Below, piece by piece: positions 27,801-38,818 of a DNA stretch of 64,000 bases. Source of the DNA: Octopus sinensis (lineage: Eukaryota). The translations under genes were made by a program, and so were the position numbers. Each line of letters begins with the position of its first letter. Positions within the stretch are counted from its first letter, which is position 1. The notes under the pieces are model-generated. The model saw only the letters and a list, made by a program, of their open reading frames with translations. It had not been told where the DNA came from and searched no databases. The DNA is taken from the NCBI RefSeq assembly GCF_006345805.1, contig NC_042999.1, positions 139,128,001 through 139,192,000 of the forward strand, given 5' to 3'.

Positions 27801-30800
27801 ATCATACTTTATTGAAACAACTTACAAGAGGCTATAGAAACAATGAAAACATGTTCAAACTTGATCTTTCTTTCATTCTGATATAATGCTCCTAATAGTA
27901 CAGAAATTCCCCTCTTGATTCCATTGAAAATCTTTCATCAGTTGCTTCTTATACATGATGTTAAGCTGGAGTGGATTAGCCAAGTTGCAGTGCAGCTGCA
28001 AGGGTACAAAAGCTGTTGGAACTCTTTGACAATATGAAGTGTATTGCAATGCTTATCATCACTTTGAAAGAGCTTTCGTTTCATGCCTATCATTTAATAT
28101 TTATCATGTAATACCATTCACATCTCTTAGATCTATAAATGATGTTTTGCTTTTCACTTTTATGAGTAGAAGCCTGAAACCAGAAGTAAAACTGATCACT
28201 ACTTTTGGGACTCTCATAACTCATTTAACCAACTGCAAACTCTTTTAATTCACCTGTGCTGTTGTTCATTCCAAGAGCAATGATGATAAAGGAATCCAAG
28301 ATATATGTAAATGCATACTTCTTAAATTGAATCAAGAAGTTGTGATGGAATTTTGTATCAACTATCTGATTCTTGTATTTCTCATTTGTGCTGTACTTTA
28401 TTGTCTATTTGCAATGTTTGATAAATAGACAGTTTTCTCATTAAAACAAAAAAGATACTTCAAAATTTGTACAGATAGATATTGCTTTTGTAAAAATAAA
28501 TCCCAGAGACTTCTAAACAACCTCTGCTACTCCAGTTTATCTTGCATCTATATGTTAATCCATTTCATAGTGTTGATGTTGTTTGGCACTATCACCAGCT
28601 ACTCATATATTTGAATTTGTAGTTTATAGACTTCATTGTAGAATCAATTTCAACATTTAAATGAATGTGTATTGAGCATTTTTCATCAAATACACATTAT
28701 ATGATAAAACATGTTGGTTTTCATAAACAAATGTGTAGTAGTGTTTTAGCTAAACTGGATCTTGTACTTGTAGCTACAATTTCAGTTTTTAATTCTTTTG
28801 GATAGTAAAAATGGTTGCATTGATTTATCTGGTGCTAATTCAAGCATACCATATTTAATTTGTTAGATCTACGTAACTCTAGATTATGCATTTTAAAACA
28901 AGTTGGAATCGTTCATGTCATAATATTCATTTGGAGGTACAGCACACGTAATTTTGTCATAATCTGCTATTGATCATGAATATATGTTGGAAGGAGTGAA
29001 ACCTGCCATCAGGTTGAAAACTTTTCAGTGTATATGCATGAAGTAGGCTTCACCTTTGGAGTTCAACCAGAGAAACTAATTTCACCACTTTTCCAAAGAT
29101 ATGCTTGCTTTGAAGCTGTTCATATAATATTTTTGACTTTATACAGAAAACCCTTTCACAAGAGGACTACTTGATCACATATATATATACATATAACTAT
29201 ATATCTCTCTATGTATACATATATGTAGTAAACTATCTCTTCACTCTAATTTTTTTCTTGTCAGTAATGGAACATTTGGTGATCCAATTCTAGGAGATGG
29301 TGTATTATTCACATCCAAGATCTCGTATAACACTAACCAGTTGATTCCAGGTTTTGAAGCCGTGTCCATAGGGTAAATATCATATATTTCCTCATGTTAT
29401 TAGGCATTTATGTTATGTTATGGCCTGTTATATAATATCATGCTTGGTTTATCATTGTGATGACAAAGTGAAATAGCAACAACTGTTTACTTTTTACACT
29501 GAAAATTACTTTTTTATTCAAATGTTTCTATCACAGAAATTTAGGACTTCTAACATGTAGAAAGCCTCACATTTTGAAGGTGGAGTATAATTAATTGGTG
29601 GATTATATTGTCTTCAGTATTTGCCTGACACTTATTTTATTGTTCCTACCTCAGGAATATGAAAGATGAGAGACAAAGTGCAATGTGCATAGATGTGTAT
29701 GCACATTGATTGCAAAAGGACATAACTGAATACAACAAAACTGCCTGTATACTTACATTTTTTCTTATTCTTTAATCTTCCTGCTGCACTAAAGAAGTCA
29801 TTCATATTGATTTTTTCCTTTTAGAAGTGGGAGTAAATTAGTTTAGCTGTGGCAGGAATGGTTTTATTATGGCTCAGTCCTTTAGATTCAAACTCCTCTC
29901 CATAAGCTAATGAAACACTCATCAACCATATATTACTTATCTCTGCTGTTTGTAGCTGTGAGTTGTATTTACACATGATGTATGTACTATAAATTGTCTT
30001 CCAATGCCAAAAGTATTCTGTGAAGTGGTACTTAACTCCCATCTTCATGATGTGATTCGTAAGAGAAATAAAACTCCCCCTGGATAAAAAGCCAAACCAT
30101 TGTTGATAACATTCTTATTTATCTATTTCTCACTTATTTTATTCCTGATGATCTATTCTGTGTAACTATTTCCTGACAACTATGTGATTGAAAATTGGCT
30201 GCAATAGATTTGTGCATACAATTTATCAGAAGGTTCTCTGTTATTTACTTGGCCGTCTTGCTTCTGTCTAGGCACATTGCCTATTAGGTCAATAATGGAT
30301 TCATTCATGTTTGAGAAGTGATTGCAATAGAACTGAAAGTAAGATCAGGTTATTAATACTGCTACTAGAGTCAGAACTCAAAAGAATACATTCAAGTTAA
30401 TGCAATACTCATTAACTTTATAGCATTACCACTGATTTCAACAATCATCACTTCATAGTTATGTTGACTGAATATGAGGGGTCATCAATCCACTCCTAGT
30501 AGTTTAAATTCCTATCAACTTGACAAGCTTTCACTCTGTAATAATGTGATTTGATGACATTCTAATTATGTGATTTTTAACAATGACAAACACAATGATA
30601 AAACTCCTACTGTTTTTCAATAGGAACTGCAGCATCATGGTTCTGAACTGTATTGAACAACGTAAGTTGAATATAATTATCAATAATTTAGTACATAAGT
30701 ATAAGGCTTAACATTTTATAGAAAAGGGGAAAGATTGCATAACATTTCTGCTTTCACCAAAGAAATTATTCTCGGAAACTCAATTCTTTTGATGAGTCTG

Positions 30801-33800
30801 AAAGAGGAAAAACCAAAACAAAACATGCATAGTAAATAAATATCTAAAATGTAAATACTCGATCTTTTGAATGTTTTGCAATTTCAGGTGAAAGCTAGTC
30901 AGTGAGAGAAATTTTAGTTGTAGTTCTGGGAAGGAATGGTTGAGATAAAGTATTTTTGTAGAGAACCATTGAAACTTAGGTAAAGTAGGAACTAGAGTAG
31001 GAGGAGTTATATTTTAGTTGAAGGTGATATTTACAAATTGTGAATGTAGAATGAAAACTAGTGTATTAATAGCAGACAAAAAGCAGAAGCAGGACACAGC
31101 TTTTCTGTGAGTGAGTATTAGTAACTGCTTGTTAATAAGTGTACTATCTTCTTGGGAGTCTTACGTAGTGCAAATTATGTGTGAAATGATACAATGGTTG
31201 ATTTAAGAATTGCAGTTGGAAGATGGATAAAATGTTAGAATAATGGCCTAAAGATCACGTATGTAATAATATTTAGGCCACATCATTATTAAAAGTTCTT
31301 TAATCTGTTTGTTTTGAAAATCAGTAATAAATTAACTTTAATTAGGCTTTTGAGAAAAGAAAGTAACACAGCTCTTAAAATGACGACTGTAACAATTCAT
31401 GTATGAGGGGTAATCAAAAATTATCTGCACTTTTGCCATAACACATCTTTATCATTGTCACACTGCCTTTTGTGCACATGTGCTTATAGTTGGTACTAAT
31501 TTGGTCCTGTGATCAAAGTTTGAACCTGATCACACCATTTTCCTTTCTGGATTTACAGGGTAAGCATGGCTGCTCCACTGGCAATGTGTAACAAAGAAGA
31601 ACAAAGAGCAGCAATTTGAGTTCTCTGGTCAGAAGGTATGTCAGGTGGTGAAATTCATTGGAGGCTTTTAGTACAATATGGGGATGCCAGTGATGAAAAG
31701 ATTCAGCCTTCAGTGGGAAAGGTGATGCTAACCCTTTTTGGGGACTCAAAAGGGCCTATACTGGAAGACTACCTGGAAAAGTGTGTACGATCAACAGTGC
31801 AAGATATAGTGCTTTGCTGGCCAACAAACTGAAACCAGTAATTCACACCAAACGCCGAAGTCTATTGTCAAAGAAAGTTTTGTTGTTGGTTGATAATGCA
31901 TGCCCATATATGGCCACCCAGACCAATAAAACCATTAACCAATTGAGTTTTGAGGTGCTGGAACACCCTGCCTACAGCTCAGATGTTGCCCCTTCTGACT
32001 GTCATATCTTTGGACCACTCAAAGATGGTTTACATGATCGTTGATTTCCTATGCATGAAGATGTGAAGGAAGCAGTACATAGATGGTTATGCAATCAACT
32101 GAAAACCTTCTTCTTGGTAGGAATATGCAAACATCAGAATTGCTAGTCCAAGTGCATCGAAAAGGAAAGGGACTATATAGTCAAATGGTGCACTTACTTA
32201 TCCCTTGTTTTTGTGTAAATACATTGAAAAAAAAAACAAGAGTGCATATAATTTTTGTCTCTCCCTCATAAATTTCCAATGAGTTACAATATTTCAATAA
32301 GCATGAATCGTTACTGAAACATATTTTATTTTTAAAAGCATTACATAGTATTTGACTTGAAAAATGACCAGTCTTAAGGCAACAGTTGTTTTAAATCTTA
32401 TTTTTCTTTATTTGTTTGTTAATTAATTTACTAATCAGGCAAAAGATATTTTCCTTATTTCAGAATGTGGAAATCAAAATATGAACTTAATTGAACCCAA
32501 CATTAGATATGGACAAAAATCTTTGGATGGTAAATGGCCATGGGATGTGCAGATTTTTGCAGGTTCCCAATTGATTTGCACTGGAGTCATCATCAACAGT
32601 CACTATGTGCTTACTGCTGCTCACTGCTTAATGTAGGTACTTTCAGTATATTGACAGCATTACTTCTTGTCTGTGTGTATTCAGTGAAGGTATTCTTGTG
32701 TCTTGTTTCAGTTGCTTTAGTCTCAAGTCAACTACTACTCATGTATTTATATAACAGTGCAATTCATTGCAAAATCTTTCAACTTTCTTTCACACATCAG
32801 TTTTTCTTTCAACCAATTTGTCTTATTCATTTCATCTAACATCACACATCCTGTTGAAACTACTTAAAAAAGCCTCTGCATTCAATGCCCCTTTCACTAC
32901 TGTGTGATATTGCACTTCATACACAAGCAGCATACAATCTGTTCTCTTCTTACTGAAAATTTGTTATACATACACACACACACATACATACATACACACA
33001 CACACACATACATACATACATGCATACATACATACATACATACATACATACATACATACATACATACATACACACATACATACACGCACACATACATACA
33101 TACATACATACATACATACATACATACATACATACACACATACATACACACACACATACATACATACACACATACATACACACATACATACACACACACA
33201 TACATACATACATACATACACACATACATACACACACACACATACACACACACATACATATACACAACTCGCACCTCCGAGCAGCAGACTCTCCAGGGGC
33301 TGGGGGTCCCCTTGGGTGGTTTCTCCTCCGGGGGTCTCACCTCCCACGGCCACCACTTCAGCACCAGCCACAGGTTGGCACCTTCCCTCTGCGGCTTGGG
33401 TAACACCTCCGCCAACGCCGCCAGGCTTCCTACTAGCCGCCCACAATAGGCGCACCGTCCGAGGAAGTTCCTCAAATCCCTCACACAAGAAGGGTCCGGC
33501 CAATCCCTCACAGTGGCCACCTTCCTCAGGGCTCTATAGCCCACGTAGCATCTTGCTGTACCATCTCCATTCCGCGCAATTATCGCCGACGACCAGGGAC
33601 CATTCCGCTTTTCCACTGTTCCCCGTCGCCGATATCTCCTCTTGCGCTGCTGTACTGAGACCTTCCTCCGGCCTCGCTGCTTCCTCAAGCGACAACCGCC
33701 CTGGTCGACGAAACGTTCTGCCAGGTCCGTGCGACCAGCATCCAACAACCCTCGCGACCAACGTCCTGCGCTCTTCACCAACGGTTGCTTCTTCCGCAAC

Positions 33801-36800
33801 TGCATCAGCGGACCACGATCTCCCTTAACTTCATCACTGCACCGGCAGAACTGACCCCGCCGCTGGTTTACCGTCCGGCGCAGTTCCACGATTTGCCCTC
33901 TGCAAATCGCCTGCGCAGCCTTCAATAAATCGGCCGACCCACCCAGCGCTCTGTCAGCCTCTGCCTCCACCAGGGTCCAGCCGACCCTCAATTGAGTTCC
34001 TATTCCGCACTGCATGTCGGGCTCCACCGGTCCCACGCAACCATCGAACACAGCGCTCCCCCAAGTGCCAACAAAGCACCAGCGACTCCTTGCGGACCGC
34101 CTCCTCAACTGCATCCGTGGGCCACCAACTCCTTCAACTGCGTTGCCGTATCGGCAGAGCTGGCCCCACCACGGTTCGCCATCTGGCACGATTCCTCGAT
34201 TTGCCTTCTGCAAATCGCCTGTGCCACTTCCAAAAGATCGGCCGACCCAGCTAGTGCTCCACCAGCTTCTGCTTCCACTAGGGTCCACCCGACCCTCAAT
34301 CGAGCTTTCACTAGGCACTGCCTGTCGGGCTCCACCGGCCCCAAGCAACCATCAACCACAAAGCTCACCCAACGCTGAAGCAGTCTTCCTGGTCTCGGTG
34401 GACCCACCACCGTTCGCAGCCGTCTCGCCTCGTCAACGGGCCTGGCCCTTTTCCTCACCAGCTTCCGTCCCGCAGGCCTCACAACACACACGCTCGGCCG
34501 CCAGTCCATCCACGCCTGTGGCCTCTCCACAGTGGGAACCATACAGTCCCTCTGGGCCCCAAGAGACAGGGGTCCAGACACCAAAGGACCCGCACACGGC
34601 ATAGCACCTGCCGCGACCATCACACACAGAGCCGGAACCTCGGACTCAGCGACATTCGCCCCAGACCTCGCCAGCTCTTCGTCCTGAGCTCCGAGAGACA
34701 GGGGTCGAGATGCCAAGGGCCCCAGACACGGAACAACAGCATCAGCCATAACACCTTCAACAGGCCTTTTGGTTACTTCAACCTCTACGGGTTCCAAATC
34801 ACAAGATTTCTTGGGTACAGCGTCACAAATTTCGGCAACCAGCCCAGGTTCCGCAAACACAGCCGGTCCAGCATCACAGATTTCGGCAACAATTCCTTCA
34901 CTATCTGTTTCCCTCGATGCTTCGTTCGACGGGCAATCTCTGCCCACAGGACCGTCGCTATCCTCGTTCCAACACCGATCCTTCAAAGCTGACCCATCCG
35001 CAACCTCAAGCTCCCGCTGATCTGCCCACAGGCCCTGTCGCCTCCTGTCCATTCTCTCCACGAACGCGTCCGTCTGCGCCATCTGGCCCCTTAACATCTC
35101 CACAATCAGGGCAAGCGAAATCTCCTCGTCTCCGGTCTGACAACCAGACAAATCCATAGCGAAAAAAAAAGCCGACCGAAACGCAGCAATCAGGACAATC
35201 CCACTTCTGACACCAGTTGTTACGGAATCGCCCGCCGTCGCCCGTCCCGAACGGCTCACACAAGTTCCGCCACGAACCCAAAGAGGCGGAGAGAGGAGAC
35301 ACAGATAGATACTGCCACAACCTCAACAGCACAGAGATACAGAGGCACAACCCGAGATACAACCCAAAGAGGCAAGGCAACAACTGGCAACACTGGCTTA
35401 TATTCAAACAACAGTTTATACGACAATTACAATTGTTACAACATCAAAGCATTTAAGGCAACAACAAATCAATACATCATACGGTATACCACAGATCAAA
35501 GCATTTAACAACATGCATGTAACAATATAACAGTGTTCAGTAACGACACAAGTCCAGATCAAATAATGTTCACGATACGTCACAGTCCAATCAGAACACT
35601 TCGACACATTATACAATGTTCGTATCACAACAATTCACGTTACAATTCAACAAGTCCTTTACTCAATTCACAATGTTCTTTATCGACTACATCGACAGAG
35701 TCCTTCTTTTTCTTTTACAGTCTCTTTACCTCGTGACACGTATCAATACACAATCACATACCTTAATTCTAACTGAATCTGCCAGTGTCCCAATCCTCTC
35801 AATACTGCTAATTCCTCTGAATACTGCTAATTCCCTTCTGTGTCGCCAAGCTTTCTCGCACCCAACTTGCTCCTAAGAATTCCAACGCTTGCTCCTTAAA
35901 TCCAAGGTCCGTCTGTCTTCTTCGAGGACCGGCCAGCGACTCCAAGATCCGTCTGTGTTCCTCGACGACCGCTCAACGACTGCCAAGACCTCACTTCGTC
36001 TCTGTCCTTCTTCCACTCCCTCATCTCCCTCTGTCTATATCGCTCCTACCCTTTCTAACTGCCCTGGTCCTTATACCCTATCTATATCGCCTGCTGTCTC
36101 TTAGCCTTTCTATCTGTCCCTTACTGCTTATCCTTTCTATTTGCCCTCTGCTCTTACTCTATCGCTATCGCCTGCCAGACTCTTAGCCTCTCCATCCGTC
36201 CCTTACTGCTTATACTCTATCTCTATTTGCTCTCAGCCCTTAATCTGTCCCTTTTCTCTTACCGTCAATACCCTCTCCATCTGTTCTTAGATTCCCTTAA
36301 TCTGTCTTCCTCTTCACTGCTTCACTGACCCTTTCTCGACCGGCACAAGGGCAAAGGTCCTTCCAAAACCCATTAAACAAGGAACCTGTCAGTTTCACCA
36401 GACATACTGGAACCATTATTCCTATGTGGGTCACCAGAAACACTACACTAATTAAACCCGAAATGCACTTAGCCAACCGTAACAATATACACACATACAT
36501 ACATGCATACATACATACGAGATTGCTAATATATGTATGTGTGACAGCAAACAACTATTTGACAAGTGTGTTGGGAAGTATGTTTGATTATTTAAACATG
36601 ATGATTGGTTGTGACTACAGCACTCTCCTGGATGTAGAAGTACTCCTCTGAGGGTCTTACCTTTGTATAGTGCAAGTAGTCACTGGAAGATGATTTATTT
36701 TCTGAATCTGAAGAGGTGGATCAGTCTTGAGAAGCAAAGTAAGGAGATAGTATGCTGGCTTTCTCTATGGAACTAATATGTAGAGAACCACCATAGTTGA

Positions 36801-38407
36801 GAAGTGGAGGAAAGAAAACTTTACAAAAGTGGTAGAAATTCTTTTTGCACAGGACTAAAACAATTGGTCACAATTTAGGGAGCAAGATTGCCTGCAGGAC
36901 CAGATGATTCTCAGAGGCATCTTTTGAGATCTAGATGATGGTCTCCCAGGAGTTGCAGTACTACATAAAAGCCATCTAATTTCTAGTGGAGAGAGATTTT
37001 TCTGTAAACATTACAGGCTATTTTTGATTGAACTGCAGTGCTTCTTTGAGGGAATGACTTCTTGGTGTTTGAGATTTGGTTGTATGTGGAATATGTAGAG
37101 AAACATGCTTAAAAGAATGTTTTTAGTATCTTGTTTAGCTATCTCTGAGGGGTCATGGTTGAAGCACATAAGATACCACATAAGTAGTATAAAAGGGGTA
37201 GGGCTTCAATCATTCAACTTATTTGAAGAAGCATTCACATAAAAAGCACCAACCAATCATGGCCATTGCCAGCCTCGCCTGGCACCTGTGCTGGTGGCAT
37301 GTAAAAGCACCCACTGCACTCACGGAGTAGTTGTTGTTAGGAAGAGCATCCAACTGTAGAAATATTGCCTGATCAGACTGGAGCCTGGTACAGTCTCCTG
37401 GCTTCCCAGATCCCAGTCGAACCGTCCAACCCATGCTAGCATGGAAAACAGACGTTAAACAATGAGAATGATTGATGATTCAGTGTGGGAAGAGGGGAGC
37501 CATTATTTACACCATTGTTGCATGGTGAAAGACAACTGGTAGACAACTAGTATGATGTATTTATAGCTGTAAGTAGGGGTAAGAGGACCTACAAAATGAT
37601 ATCTATTGGACTGTTCAGATGCATCCTATTTTCAGTTTATCATCTGAGTAAAATAAGGAATAGACGTTTATGGATATGCTGACAAATGATGACAAAAATG
37701 GCTACTTTATGTGAACTGTGGACTTTATAAAGTATTCATAGGGCATTAGCTCTGGATGTGGAAGAACTGTGAAAGCTAGTGAAAGAAATGACTTTTGAAT
37801 GATTTAGTAAAATGTAGCACACAAGAGCAGGGAGACCTCATCTGAAGCAAGCATATATCACTGACTTAGTATTGGCATAGATTCTGAAGTGACTGTAAGG
37901 TTTAAAAGAAAAAGTTTTCTGTAATTTCTGTGGAGGATAACAATAGAATGGGTTGACTGAGAAAGATATGAGAAGTGATGTCAAACATCAGATGTTAGGT
38001 GAAGTGAAATGCTGATAAGATGAGCATGAGACCCATCCAGCTTGGAAAAAATATGACGATGACGATGACAATGATGATGACGACAATGATGATGATGTCG
38101 ATGATATAACAATGTTTTCTTTCTTCTAGATATGTAGACAAATATGATTATTCTATAAGAGTTGGATCTGTTAAGAAGAATCAAGGAACAAAATACAATG
38201 TGTTTCAATCTTTGAAGCATGAACAATATGATAGCAACAATTTCAATAATGATATTGGACTAATTTATATAAAAAGTAAAATTAAGATGTCAGCAAATGT
38301 GCAACCCATTTGTCTTCCAGAAAACCCTGCACCCAAAGACAAAGAATGTTATGTGACTGGATGGGGTATGAATGAAAAGGGTAAGGCAATTTATATTTTC
38401 TAATTGG

Positions 38408-38460
<53 letters not shown>

Positions 38461-38761
38461 AAGCGCAATGGCCCAGTGGTTAGGGCAGCGGACTTGCTGT
38501 CGGAGGCTCGCGATTTCAATTCCAGACCGGGCGTTGTGTGTGTTTATTGAGCAAAAATATCTAAAGCTCCACGAGGCTCCAGTAGGGGGTGTTGTACTCT
38601 TTCATCCTGACTTTCTCTCAATCTTTCTTCCTGTTTCTTGAGTAATGCTGCAATGGACTGGTGTTCCGTCCAGCAGGGAGGAACACATACACCGCAAATA
38701 CCAGGAAACTGGGCCCATGAGCCTGGCTAGGCTTGTAAAGGGCACATAAATAAATAAATAA

Positions 38762-38818
<57 letters not shown>

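Larger units (their letters stand above)
33267..36484 (-). mobile_element. Non-autonomous Gypsy-type LTR retrotransposon, antisense in intron 17, with one LTR only
   Basis: LTR, PBS, gag-like ORF start, RT-RNaseH connection relic ([25 protein letters not shown], about 33400-33530) and purine-rich PPT-like end; inserted in a (CATA/CA)n tract. Confidence 0.85.

Noticed and set aside
27100-29150. Stretch that looks like an old transposase-coding relic
   Set aside because: No motif I could identify with confidence; many stops in all frames.
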